Shown here in pieces: positions 25,131-38,179 of a stretch of DNA of 64,000 nucleotides. The translations under genes were made by a program, and so were the position numbers. A model generated the notes under the pieces. The model ran no database searches. It saw only the letters and a list, made by a program, of their open reading frames with translations, and had not been told where the DNA came from. The stretch covers positions 38,936,001 through 39,000,000 of the forward strand of contig NC_067401.1 in assembly GCF_016432865.1 (NCBI RefSeq), read 5' to 3'. The stretch comes from Antechinus flavipes (lineage: Eukaryota). How positions within the stretch are numbered: position 1 is the first letter of the stretch; each line of letters opens with the position of its first letter.

Positions 25131-25834
25131 GTAACTGGGAGGGTAGCAGTGCAAAGGATATATAAAAAATAAAGCAGTCTCTTTCCTCAGAGAGCTTACA
25201 TTCTATTAGGGGAAATAACAGAAATAGATTTGGAATCTGAGGCTTCAAATTCCAGTTGTTCATCTTTATACCATCTTTATAATCTTAAGCAAATCACTTA
25301 GCTTTTTGGGGAGCCTCAGTTTCCTTTTCTGTAAAAGGAGATGGTTACATTAAATTACTTTTAAGGTCCCAGCCATGATTTTTTAATGATCCTAGCCTTT
25401 CTGAGCAGTGTTACCTCTGAATATATTCATTGCCAACTTGAATTAAGATAGGAATAGATTTTTAGTTTTTCATAAAATATTTGCCTGACTCAAGTATGAT
25501 TTATTTCAGACCTAACCTAAATTCCTTGTGGTCCAAGAATTAATTTGAGTAACTTGGTTTACTTTCTTGATTGCCCTCCTTTATACTGAAAAGCTGAGCT
25601 CGGAGGCTTCCTAAGAAAAAACACCAAAAACACAGCTCATGGATAGAGGCTGAAGGTATGATTGACTAATTTTCCCTTCCCAGCTACTCCAGGTTGTAAA
25701 GACCTACCGCCCTCTAGTGGACATACTCTTGGGTAGTAGTAGCATCTCTACCACCCAAAAGGATGCTATTAAATGAGGAAAAGAAATTGAAAGAAAAAGC
25801 ACAGGCAGAGAGGCAATGAATGATGGCTTTTTTT

Positions 25835-27900
25835 TAGAGAAACCTAGTGAGAAAACTAAAAAAAAAAAAAAAAAAGATGTAATTAATAATGTCAGCAAAA
25901 TCTCAGGTTATAAAATAAGTCTGCACAGATCATTAACATTTCTGTATATTACCAACAAAACTGAAAAAGAGATAAAAAGAGAAACAACCTAAAATAACCA
26001 CTGAATGTATAAAATACTTAAGAGTCTATCTACCAACACATGCACAGGAATTAAGCAATCAATAGAAATAAAGATAGATCTAAATAATTGAAAAATATTG
26101 ATTGCTCAAGCCATAAAATAAAAATAAATGAACTACTTAAATTAATTCACTTACTCAGTACCATACCAATGAAACTACAAGAGAATTACTTCACAGAATT
26201 GTTATTTTTTTTGTTTGTTTTAATCGTGAAATTCAGGGGCAACTAGATGGCATAGTGGATAAAGCACTAGTCCTGAATTCAAATATGATCTCAGACATGT
26301 GACACATACTATCTAGGGAAATCACTTAACCCCAATTGCCTTTATAAAAAAATAAAAATAGTGAAATTCATCTTGAAAATATTCATCTGTAGTCATCAAA
26401 ACTATTTGGTAATAGCCAGATGATTTCACAAAGGCCTGGAGAGACTTACATGAACTGATGCTGAGTGAAATGAGCAGAACCAGGAGATCATTATACACTT
26501 CAATAACAATACTATATGAGGATCAATTCTGATGGACTTGGCTCTCCTTCAACAATGAGATGAACCAAATTGGTTCTATTTGTTCAATAATGAAGAGAAC
26601 CAGCTAAACCCAGCTAAAGAACTATGGGAAATGAGTATGAAGCACAACATAGCATTTCCACTCCTGCTGTTTTTGTCCGCTTGCATTTTTGTTTTCCTTC
26701 TCAGGTTACTTTTACCTTATTTCTAAGTCCGACTTTTCTTGTGCAGCAAAATAACTATATGGACATGTATACATATATTGTGTTTAACATATACTTTAAC
26801 ATATTTAACATGTATTGGTCTACCTGTCATCTAGGGGAGGGGGAGGGAGAAGGAAGGGAAAAGTTGGAACAGAAGGCTTTGCAAGGGTCAATGCTGAAAA
26901 ATTACCCATGCATATATCTTGTAAATAAAAAGCTATAATAATAATTTTAAAATGTAAAAAAATATTTTTTTAATGTTAAAAAACCTATTTGGTACTGGTT
27001 AAGAAACAGATCAATCAGTAGAACAGATTATGTATACAACATATAAAAGCAAATGAATAGTAGGCTTTTTGTTTGATAAATCAAAGACTCCAGAGTTATT
27101 GAGATAAGAAGTTGGTTTGACAGAATCTATGGGAAAACTTGGAAGCAGTTAAATAGAAAGTAAGTATAGACCAGTATCTCACACTATATATCAAGATAAC
27201 CTCTAAATGGATATATGATTTAGTCATAAAGAGTAATGTCATAAACAAATTACAGAGGCAAGGAAGAAATCACCACAAATTTAGGGTTGGGGAAGAATTC
27301 ATGATCAAACAAGAGATAAAGAAAATAATAAAAGATAAAATGGAAATTTTTTATTATGTAAAATTTTACATATTTTTAGTTTTTCCAACAAAAAAACAAA
27401 ACAAAACACAAATGCAGCTAAAATTAGAAGAGAAGCAGGTAACTAGAAAAAACTGGCAATTTTTTCTAACAAAAATTTCATTTCCAAGTGATTCAAATTC
27501 ATAAGACAAAGAGCCAGTTCTCCATTTCATAAATGGTCAGAAGATATGAATGGGTAATTCTTAACAGAAGAGAATCATGCTATCAATAACCATATGGAAA
27601 AAATGATCCAAGTCATTAATAACTAGAAATTTTCAAATTAAAACTCCTAGGTTTCTCATATCCATAAAATTGGCAAAAATGTGGGAAAAATAACAAATAT
27701 AGGGATTTCAGGAAAATTGATACATTTAATATAATTGATAAAGCTGTGACAATAATAGGCAAAATTGAGAATTTGTATAGCCATTGTGGAAAACAATTTC
27801 AGACTATATCCTGAAAGTTACTAAATTGAATACACTATTTGATCCAATTATACTAAAACTAACCTCTTTCTTAAAGAGATCAAAGAAAAAGGAAAAGGAC
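25835..27900 (+). mobile_element. Old L1 ORF2 (RT region) fragments, interrupted by a SINE and a younger L1
   Basis: Degenerate LENP..KTK...INN.SKISGYKI-type motifs and later ORF2 motifs. Boundaries approximate. Confidence 0.75.
26420..26945 (+). mobile_element. L1 3' fragment
   Basis: ggcctggagagacttacatgaactgatgctgagtgaaatgagcagaacc is shared with the other L1 copies; AATAAA tail. Confidence 0.9.
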
Positions 27901-29142
27901 TCATACTTATTATTATCTTTTTATTGCTACTTTATTCAAATCAACTGTCATGGTAGGGAAAGAACACTAGGTTGTTAGGAAACCTGGATTCTAGTGTACA
28001 GTGTACATCTAGTGTACAGCATAAATTATCAGTGTAAATTTAGGTAAATTACTTCTCTGGGTCTTAACTTTCTCATCTATAAAATTAAAAAGAAATGGTC
28101 TCTAAGATTACTTCCTTCCTGAAATTCTATGAATTTATATTGGTTCCTAAGTAGGTAATCCTCTGAGAATAAGTTATATGGCAGGTGTGTGTACTGATAT
28201 TGGTAAACATTTGGCTCACTCTTTTAAAAGGTTGGATTTTCTTTCTTGTGGAAAAATTTTATTGTGTTTTCCATAGAAAAGCACTGACAGAAACAAACCA
28301 AAAAATGTGGCACATTCCCATTATTTTCTGAAAAGTGGCCAAGATTAGTGACTTTCTCCACACCCAGATTTGGACTGATATTTAAGAGATCTCATTCATA
28401 CTCTCAAAATAAAAGCTAAAAATTAAAAAAAAAGATGTTTGAAAAATCAACCGATAAAAATTCAAATGTCTGGCATTCAAAATGCCCTCTTATCCCTCTC
28501 CCCTGCAAATCTATTCATAGATTCTTGCTCCAACCTAAAACCCCAATCACCTTAGTCACTTAGGTTGAGGTCACATTTTTGTTCTATGTGTCACTCCAGT
28601 ACCCTTTTTTTCTCCTGGCTTTGTAAAATCACAGGCCAGAGTGTCAACCATTCTCCCCACATTATCTATGATAATAGCATTTTGACTCCTTAACAATGAA
28701 AACCTCACTGCTTACATGTCTATGTGTGTTTATTACTGTAGGTAATTATCAGAGGATGACTTTGCTTTGTTGGGTTTGTAAATGCTAATCCCTGAAAAAG
28801 AATCATTTTGGGGAGTGTGTCTATACTTGCCTAGTAGAGGCACGTATTCTCATACTGACTTCTTTGCCATCTTCTTATTTCCTATCGGTAATACTGTTTA
28901 ACTGGCATCTCATTAAGGAAACAATGCCTTGAGCTGCTCTCCTAAAATTGCATTTCTCATTCTTATTTTAGTATAAGACCTTTTGCACTGAGGAAAAATC
29001 ACCCATCTAAGTCATTCTATTGACTGATGGCACAATTTCTTGATTTGGTTGAAACAGACTTTACTCCCATTTACCCCACACCTCCTTTTTTCCCTTTCAC
29101 CAACAAGGCAGCTAGACAGAAGGAAGGGAGATCTGAGCCTTG

Positions 29143-29493
29143 GTTTTTGTTTTCTTTTAAATTTTCAGCAGTATTCTATTTTTCCAAAAACATGTAAAGA
29201 TAGTTTTCAACATTCATTTTTGTAAGACTTTGTCTTCCAAGTTTTTCTCTTTCCCTCCCTTACTTCCTCCCTCCCCAAGGCAGCAAGTAATCTGATAGTT
29301 AGATATGTGCAATTCTTTTAAACATATTTCCATACTTGTCAAGTTGTGCAAGAAAAATCAGACCAAAGGAGAGAAAAAAAACAAAAGAAAGAAAAAAGAG
29401 GTGAAAATACTATGCTTTGATCTATATTCAGTCTCCATAGCTTTCTCTCTGGATGCAGATGGCATTTTCCATCCCAAGTCTACTGGAATTGCC
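29143..29493 (-). mobile_element. L1 3' fragment
   Basis: Antisense L1 3' UTR. Degenerate TSD gccttg(g)tttt with a TTTT/AA target. Confidence 0.8.
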
Positions 29494-30445
29494 AGGGCCT
29501 TGTTTTAAAGCTAATTCCACTGCCCCAAGAGGCCCTTCTGATGGGCTCCATTCCCTGATCCTCAATCTTTCCCCTTTGAGTGATTGAGTATCCAGGATCC
29601 TCAGTGCAACCCCAGGATGGTTTTTTCCCCATGATGGTCCCCAGAGGTGCTGGGAGACAGATGGGGCTCTGCTCTCACTGCTGGGATCACCATTGTCCAG
29701 TCCCACAAAACTCACGACTCTTGCAGTTAGTAGAAGTGGGCGCCCAGCGCTACTTTCATGTTAATTTTGTTAAACAGAAAGCAGAGAAGAACCCAAGGCC
29801 AGGAAAGTTCACTTAAAATGGTTTGGATTCTTCGGATCACCAGACCACACGCTGGTATGTGTCTGCTTCCCCCTAGTCTGGTGAAGGAAAGGGGCTATAG
29901 AACAGATGGCCAGATACTGCTTTCATGTCCGTCCATTTTGGTTTTTGTAGTCCATCTCTCTTGTTCAGTTGTTCTAGTTCTGTTTTGTTAGTGCAAAGTG
30001 TACCTGGGTCTCAAACTTTATTGATGTAAAAATGATCAGAATCACTGTAGATGGGGTGGATGAGCTCAAAGCAATGCAGGAAATGAAATCCCACTATGCT
30101 GAGGGCATGCAGATAAATGACTGCTAGATACGTTGTAAACAGCAAGAAGTGCTCTGGCTAGTCTCTCCCACACAGTTAGTAGCTCAAGGACAGTGGTGAT
30201 CCATCTTTTGAATATCTCTTACACTGCAATGATGGGCTCTGTCAAGTTTGATGCTCCTGTACTTTGGACATTTGAACACTGCTTGCCTTGGCTTCAACTG
30301 TAACTTTTCACGAACTATTTTGTGGAACTTCTTCTGGGTCCTGCACCTGGGTCTGTTAGCATAGCCTGGAAGTAAGAAGCAAGAGCCAGGGAAACAAGGC
30401 AATACTACTCCATCGATTACACTATACACACAGTGGGATGTGTGT
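29494..30445 (-). pseudogene. ZDHHC3: 5'-truncated processed pseudogene of the palmitoyltransferase ZDHHC3, with part of its 3' UTR
   Basis: Intronless, with frameshifts, stops and a deletion. Motifs seen: [74 protein letters not shown] (ZDHHC3 ends GKADPYQYVV). Confidence 0.9.
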
Positions 30446-30876
30446 CGAGGGGCTTTGGCCAAGTAAAAGATGAAGACAACTCAGAAAGAAGCAATAATGC
30501 TTCATTATTAAGTAGAATTCAGCTACATTTTCTTTTTTTTCAATCTCTAGCTTTTCATTTATTTTAAACATGCATTATTTTAGAGAACTTTCATAATTAT
30601 TCTCATATAGTTTGATGCAGTCAGCAAATGTACTGATTTCTGAGTTCAATACTTGTAGTCTCTCACTGATATATTCTAATTTATAAAACTGAGCTAATTG
30701 AGATATTGCTGGGTAGAAAGTTCCTTGAGAGAAGATGAAACTATTAGGTACTTCTTAGGAGTCTTTGGGAACACTCAGTTTTGGCATTATAAGAATATGT
30801 AATAGAATTTGTTATTAATGCATTTTAAAACAGCTATTTCAACTATATTTTCAAATATTTGTTGAACACTTGGCAC

Positions 30877-30988
30877 AAGCCCCGGTATGGAGTTGTAAAG
30901 ATATGAGAAAATATGCAACACACTTTTGTGTTTTTAAGAAGCCCCAGTATGGAGTTGTAAAGATATGAGAAAATATGCAACACACTTT
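30877..30988 (+). repeat. Local tandem duplication, period 62 bp
   Basis: aagcccc(g/a)gtatggagttgtaaagatatgagaaaatatgcaacacactt occurs twice. Confidence 0.95.
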
Positions 30989-32669
30989 CTGTCTAGTGGA
31001 AAAGATAATCAATGCACATGAAACAATTCAAATATAATGCAAGCTACTAAGTAACTAAGAGATATGGTATATATTATAAGTGCTTAATGAATTTAAGAGA
31101 CAGTTCAGTTTGGGCTAAATTAGTAGGGGAAAGGGTTGGAGCTGGCATTTACCATATGAATGCTTATTCACTTCCCCTTTTTTCCTCTTCCCTCTAAAGG
31201 ATTTTCTAAAATCATCTTTGACTCTTTTCTTTCCTATCCTATTGATTTATTCTAGTTTGCAAGCTCAGATAGACTGGAGGGACCATGTCTTAATGGTCTT
31301 CGTAATTCCATCAGACCATAGCACAGTACTTCAAAAGATTACAGAGAGAAAAGGAAGGAAGAGGAAAGAGGGAGGGAAGAAACAGAAAAGGAGGAAAGGA
31401 GAAAGAAAGGAAGACAAAAAAAAAAGGAAGAAAAAGAGAAGAAAAAGAAAGAACAAGTTATTTTGTTAGTTCATTTAAAAAAGCTGTTAATTCCAACCCA
31501 AAAATACCCATTTGATTAAGTCTTTTAGTGGTTTAGCTAAAAAGGTCCACTTTAATTTAAATAGGCTGAAAAAACCAGTCAATTCTTTTGTTAAAACGTT
31601 TTAATTTTTAACTTCTTTGGGTATCTCACCACCCTCACCCCCCACTCCCAAATATCCACAACGCTGTTGAGTGTTTTCATATCTGATTTGGTCACGGTGG
31701 AGGACAAGGAAAATGAAAAAAATCATAGAAGGAAAGGTGTACTGGAGCCAGCTTTGAACTAATAATACCATTGTTAAATAAATTTTTAGTGTGAACATTT
31801 AGACTTCAGAAATTGGCAAAGGGCTAGAAATTGGGACTTGATTTATTGTTTGGTTGGTTGTGTAGGCTTAAGAAATTGATGGAGAAGATGTTAATAATGC
31901 AGATTAAAATTTTAAAATGTGTCAAGGCACTTTCCTCTCCGCCCACAGGGTTGGTTATTAAGCATTTACTAGAACACCCCTGGAAAGAGGTCTCCCCAGT
32001 TTCTTTTCCCACGTTGGGGCTGAGCACTCCAGGCTCCCAGGAGGCTGCTAATGAGAAATGCATGTCTGGGCAGCTTTGACACCCAGCTTAAGGAAACTGG
32101 CTGATCCTGCAAAGGCTCCAGGGAATAGGGCCGGATCCTCCCTCCACAAGATGTGAAAGCAACAGAGAAGCTGGCTCAAAAATGACAAAACACAGGAAAT
32201 AAATAGAGCATTCAGTCCAAGAACAGCTTACCTCACCATGCCCAGCCTAGAGAACACTAGGCCCTCTTGATCTCACTTTCTTTCCTCCCTCCTTCCACCT
32301 CAAGTTGAAGAGTTTCCAAGACTTGGATGCCTTTCTCTCCCTACCAAACCCGGTACCCCTTCCCTATGTCAAATTTTCCGCTCTACACAGAAAGGGCTCC
32401 ACACCTACATGGGGAAATACAGAGGCTCAAAATTCCTCAGCTGAAAGGGAGCCCAGAGACTATCCAGTTCAGCTCTTGGATTTTCATTTCTATAGCAGGT
32501 CTTTCTTGATTTCCCCCAGCTACCTTTTCTGGATATAGTACTCTTTCTGTATACATACATGTATATAAGAATATACAACATATGTATACATCCACAGACA
32601 TATAATTTACACTTATAGACATATACACATGTAAACATTTATATATTCATTTTATTGTTATATGTAATG

Positions 32670-32815
32670 ATGTTCAGTCCTTTCAGATATGTGATTCGTT
32701 GTGACCCCATATGGGGTTTTCTTGGCAAAAATGAGTGGCAATTTCATTCTCCAGCTCATTTGACAGATGAGGAAACTGAGGCAGGCAGGGTAAAGTGATT
32801 GGCTCAGGATCATAT
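32670..32815 (-). mobile_element. MAR1-like CORE-SINE
   Basis: Antisense CORE (gatgaggaaactgagg) plus an RTE-derived tail. Confidence 0.75.
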
Positions 32816-32844
32816 TAAACATTTACTAAAATGTGTAATGAGGC

Positions 32845-33065
32845 AATTAGGTAGCACAGTAGACAGTGTCAGGCTGGGAATAAAAAATATTCATCTCTAC
32901 GAGTTCAAATCTAGTCTCAGACAGATAACAGCTATATAACTCTAGGCAAGTCATTTAACTGTTTTCCTCAGTTTCCTCATCTGCTAATGATCTGGAGAAT
33001 AAAATGGCAAACTACTCCAGTATCTTTGCCAAGAAAACCCCAAATGGGATCACAGAATGTGACGA
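32845..33065 (+). mobile_element. MAR1-like CORE-SINE
   Basis: cctcagtttcctcatctg...atctttgccaagaaaaccccaaatggg. Confidence 0.8.
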
Positions 33066-34384
33066 ATGAAAAAATGTCATATACACACAACATATTACAT
33101 TTATTCCATTCTTATGTTGTATGTTCTATTTATATAATTTGTCTTTGCCTACAGAAACTGTTTTCATTTTTTGCTCTAATGCTTAACCTAAATCTGTAGG
33201 TTAGCAAATGCTTGTTGATTGAGCTACAACATCCCCAATCATCAACCAACCACTTTAATCTTGAAGACCAAGAAAGCTATTTATATTAGATGGGCCTCTC
33301 CTTTCTTTTAAAAATTAACAAGCATTTATTTATTTTTCCTTCCATGACCCTAGTTGGGGGGAGGAAAGGAGAGAAAAAAACAAAAGCCCTTATAACAAAT
33401 CTGCATAGTCAAGCGAAAGCAACATATTGGCTATTTCAAAAAAGTCTCATTTTGAATTTTTAAAAAATTTTTTATCCTCCCAAATGGAAAAAAAGGAAAA
33501 GGAAACTTTCCAATAATGCTTCATCAAGTAAAGCACAATTCCCACGTTGGCCACATTCAAAAATTGTCTCCTCTGTCAGGAAGCAGGTAGCTTTCTTCCT
33601 TTTCCATTCTTTGGAAATGTGGTTTTTTTGTCATTGTATTGATCAAAGTTCTTAATCCTTTCAAAGTCTTTTTTTTTTTTGGGGGGGGGAGGTTATTATA
33701 TAAATTATTGTCTTGGTTCTGTACATTTGGCTCCTATGGCAGGAGCGGGACAGGGCTGGGGGAGAGATTTCAGGTTCCTCTGGTCCAGAGAGCATTAGTG
33801 TAAATTCAGCCATGTCCCCATTCAGCCCTGCGGCCATCTGCATACCCAGCCAGAAAGAAAGAGTTGGTGCTAATTGAATGATGCCCAGAGATAGCCCAAA
33901 CACTCCCCCAAAAGCCGCAGTCAGCATTTCCAGAGCTTTTCATTTCTGCAAAAGACCTGGCAGTTAGTTACTCATCTACCCTGCGGTGCTAGTTAGTGGC
34001 TCTATCTGTAATCACAGCACTTCTATCTCTTACCGGTTCCCTTTCCCAAGCCAGGAGACATTCAGGCATTCAGCCAAGGCCTCCACTCCAGGGAGGGCCC
34101 AATGACAGAGTTAGGAGTCACCCCCAAACTCTCCTGGTCCCTCCAAAATCAGGATGCAGATTGCTTAAGCTGAGCTCCCCTTCTGCAGCCCCTACACTCT
34201 GAAAGAACTCACATGAGGAAACCACAAAGGCTTTGGGTTGGAGGGTTTGCAAATCATATTAAAGAGGAAGATCTGTCTCTCTAAGAATTCTTCCCATGTG
34301 GAAAGCAGGGCTTCCTTCAAGAAGCTAAAGGAGATATTTTTGGTTTTTTCAGCCTGTAGATAAAAATCAGACCAGAATCTCAAG

Positions 34385-35938
34385 AGACACGTTAATATAA
34401 TTTATTCAATTCACCATATAAAGAGTATAGACCGGAAACATTTTAGAGCTAGGAGGGACTTTGGAAATGGGCTAGTTTAGACTCCTCACTCTATAGATGA
34501 GTTACCTGAAGCATGGAATGACTTGCCTACAGGGGTGGAGCAAGTTCTGGGTCTAGTACCTCTACACAGCTACAGGTAGACTTAAGTTTTCTACTTTTGA
34601 GTTAGGCAGAGGTAAGGGACTTAAGAGCTTTGCTTTTTGTTAATATTCTTCTACAAGATTCTATTAACTCTCTTTTGCTTTATCTCTATCACCTGAGGCT
34701 ACAAGTCAGGGACCTAGAAGAGATCATTCAGAAGCAGTATACCAAAAAGGCTCCTGAATGGTGGAGGAGGGAAGGAAAGCAGGGAAAGGGAGATTCAAGG
34801 GAAATCCTTTTCTAGAGTCTTACTCATGAACTTTCTGTACAATCAATATACACTCCCTTTCCCACCTGCTCTCCCACCCCGCTATAGTCTAAATATGTAA
34901 ACATATATACAATTCCCTACCTGGTCTACAACTTGGGCATGGGAGAAGGGGAGAAGAGAGGGAAAACACATGGATATGAGAAAAATAAAAGCCACAACTC
35001 TAAGTTCCAGAAAACTTTGATATTAAAACAACTACAAGACATAACCAAAGACACCAATAACTTAGCAAAATAAATACTGAGGGAGCATCTGCTGCTTCTC
35101 TGGGACTCATGCAATCTGGTGGAAAAACTTTCCTCCAAGCTCTGGGACCAGGAAGCTGGGGTGTTTCTAGGGCTGAATTTAAAGGGAGGAAAAAATAAAA
35201 AGAGAAAACAAACAAAAACTTCAAGAGTTTCTGGGAATAGTGGTAGAAGCCAAAAACAGCAAGGACTCGAGCCTAGCTCATGTCCCTTCCTGCTACAGAT
35301 CCATTTTCTGAATATAGATTATTTTTCTGTTTCACTCTATTCCCCAGGATAATAGGGATCTAACCATAAGGTAAGACATCCCCATTGTAGCCACATGACC
35401 GCAAGTTTGGTGGGGATCCCACCATCTTGGGAAGCAGAGAAGTGGGGGAAATGGTGTTTTGCTAGAAGCAACACAGGAGGAAAAAGGTTCGGTCCCCTGA
35501 GGATGAGAGCCAGTCTAAGTGAATATCTGTTGCTCCGTGTCAGGGCTGGGTGAGCCAGGGCACCCCGTCCCACTCCTGTGCAACCCTGGTCTCCAGGGCA
35601 GTCCAACACCCACTTTGAGGGAAACTCTCCTCTCTAACGCAGATCAGCAACAATCATGGTATTTTGGGCGTCACCACGGGCTCCACCCTGGTCCGGGGCC
35701 CAGCAAAGCGGGTTTCTGTCCCGGTGGCTTCCTTCACAGGCTCCGGGTCTCCAGAGGAAGGCCTTCCCCTTCCTCTGTCTGCCCAGCACACAGAAGAAAG
35801 GAGTTCAAGAATTAGGCATAAATGGGGGCTGCGGGGCAGCCAGGGAGCGGTCAAGAAGTAAAAGTCTGCGACACAACAGGGGACGGGTTTTCTCTTTAGG
35901 CCAGTAAGGGTAGCAAGCAGCACTATTCAGTTTACGGC
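34385..35938 (-). other. TUFT1: TUFT1 3' UTR (about 1.55 kb, inferred)
   Basis: Runs from the TGA at 35939 to just past the AATAAA at 34401-34406. The cleavage site is approximate. Confidence 0.7.
34401..34406 (-). terminator. Polyadenylation signal AATAAA for TUFT1
   Basis: Plus-strand tttatt. On the minus strand it is followed by a GT/T-rich tract (cgtgtctcttgagattctggtctgattttt). Confidence 0.7.
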
Positions 35939-36002
35939 TCAGGTTTCCACCACACGGATGAGAGGCAGGGGCTTAGGGTTTGGAGGCCTGGAGATCCTGA
36001 CG
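35939..36002 (-). CDS. TUFT1: TUFT1 terminal coding exon 13, (S)VRISRPPNPKPLPLIRVVET*
   Basis: 64 nt up to TGA. Acceptor tctcttcccag. Matches human IRISKPPSPKPMPVIRVVET*. Confidence 0.97.
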
Positions 36003-36767
36003 CTGGGAAGAGACAAGAGGAGAACACTTAGGGCCCCGAGTCCTGTTTGGGCCCCTCCTCCACCCACTCTAGCCTCCACTTTCTCTCTATCTGATTAACT
36101 TCTGTGGTAACTAATCTTCCCAGTGCTTCTATTTTTTTTTAAACCCAAATTGCCAATCACCTCTCAGAAGACTGTTAAGACTTCAAGACCCTTTTCAATC
36201 CTATGAAGCTGACGCTGTTCTTTATATCCATACATGATCTTCTTCTCCAATCATCCCATAAATCATCTTCAATCTTGGCCCATAAATGATATTAGGGAAG
36301 AGGAGATGAGAGGGTAATTTAGAAGTGGAAATACAGAGAAAAGGAAAATGGGAGGTGTGTCAGGTCAGGGTGGGGGGAATTGGTCAAAAGAGGGGTTTTA
36401 ATCTTTTGCTGTGTCAAGGATCCTTTGGGCAATAATCTAGGAAAGCCATTGGACCAAGACAAATGAAGCCAATAAAATAGTGTTTTTGAATAATGAATTT
36501 TGAATTTGAAAATAAAATACATAAGTTTACAAAGGAAACCAATTAATTAAGTAAAATTATCAAAATATTGGGGGGGGGGGGAGGGAAAAGAAAGGTTCAA
36601 AGGAACCGGGTTAAGAATCCAACCTGGTCTAAAGGAATAGACTTGTTCTATGTCATTCTCTTGCTACTAAGTGAGATATGGAATTGAGTAAAGGCACCCT
36701 TCACAGCCAAGATTTTTCTCTCTTGTTCCTTTCCTTTTTTTTTCCTGAATTGAGTCCATATACTCAC

Positions 36768-36868
36768 CTTCCTAGGCCGTCACTCTTGGTTCGGGTTTGG
36801 GTACTGAAATTTCCAGGACTGATCTGTTTTTCTATCAGGTGTTCCATTCGGTCATGCATTTCTAAATT
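36768..36868 (-). CDS. TUFT1: TUFT1 exon 12, NLEMHDRMEHLIEKQISPGNFSTQTRTKSDGLG(S)
   Basis: 101 nt, ends in phase 2. Acceptor gtatcctag, donor AG|gtgagt. Confidence 0.97.
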
Positions 36869-37509
36869 CTAGGATACACATCCCAAGGTGAGAGCACATT
36901 CATTCTCTTGTTGTCCCCCACCCACTGATTAATCCTTTCTTGTCACCTCTCCCTGCCACCTTTGGAGATATTACTCCTCAACTGAAATACCTTCTCCTTC
37001 GTATCCACTATTCCTTTTCTTCCCCCCTTCTTCTCCAGGTTATCTTCCATCCAACAATGATGATTTCTTTACTGTGACACCTTTTACTGCTTCTATTCTT
37101 CAGTCCTCGTTGTATGGACTTGTCTAGATAGTCTTAAGTGTGTGTACACATCATGTGAACACAGGAACACACATCCAGTCTCCTAAACGAGGCTGTAAGC
37201 AGCCAGAGAGCAGAAGGCCCATTCTTCCATTTTTATTTTGTCTCTCATGTACCACCCACTCAAGTCTTCCGCAGACAGTGGTTGCTCAATAATTATTAGT
37301 TACTCAAAAGTATGTAAGAGCCCTGCAGCTAAGTTAGAAATTATTCAGTAAACACAACTACACTTTGCAGAACAAAGGTACCATCCCAACAAGGAAAACT
37401 AATTGTCCCAAAGACTCGCTTCCTGAAGCTTTCCCGCCCATCAGCCTCTCAATCTTCTCAGGCCCCAAGAACCCACATTCCCCTCTAAGGTGATTTCCAT
37501 GTGTCTTAC

Positions 37510-37593
37510 CTCAGCCTCCAAATAGGCAACCTTCTCTTTGAGCTCCTGGATGGTTGTGTCCTTGGACTGAATCACCGTTTTAGAATTCTGAAG
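37510..37593 (-). CDS. TUFT1: TUFT1 exon 11, LQNSKTVIQSKDTTIQELKEKVAYLEAE
   Basis: 84 nt. Acceptor gtccctacag, donor GAG|gtaaga. Near-identical to human. Confidence 0.98.
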
Positions 37594-38179
37594 CTGTAGG
37601 GACAAACAATGGGCTATTGAAAAAAAAATAATCAACATAGGCCAAATGACTTTCACCTCCAGCTGCGAGAGAAGCTGTGGAAATGTGAATTTTCACCCCT
37701 TTATGAGCTGCCTTTCAGTTTGCTTTTTGATACAAAAGGCATTTAAATCAACATAATGATCTCAGATGGAAAACGAAGCCAAAACAATGTACTCTATTTG
37801 GCCTGGGAACATATACATTCTACAATGCAGCAGATTCACCTTCCTAATTATATTTTGCTTAAGCTCATAGAAAAATGAGTCTGCATTTCCTGAGCACACA
37901 CTACCAATCGGGAAGAAAACCCTGAAATATGCCAGCCTGAGTGTATAAATCCAGTTTAGGATTTAAAATCTGCTCTACATAGGGACAAACCTACACCCCT
38001 TGTCAGCTCCACAAGATGAGACCTCCATACCTTTGCCCCAAATGAATTTGGGGGTGACTGCTTGAGGGGGAAAATGATATAGTGGGATTCTTTGGTCCCC
38101 TAATCTTTAGGGGGGAGAAGGGCTGGGTCAGGAAACCCTGAATCTTCTGGCTTTGGAATCTGTCCCAGAAATCTTTCCT

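Noticed and set aside
29143-30445. ZDHHC3-L1 chimeric retrotranscript (template switch), since both pieces are adjacent and on the same strand
   Set aside because: The L1 piece has its own degenerate TSD (gccttg(g)tttt on both sides) at a TTTT/AA target, which favours a later independent L1 insertion.
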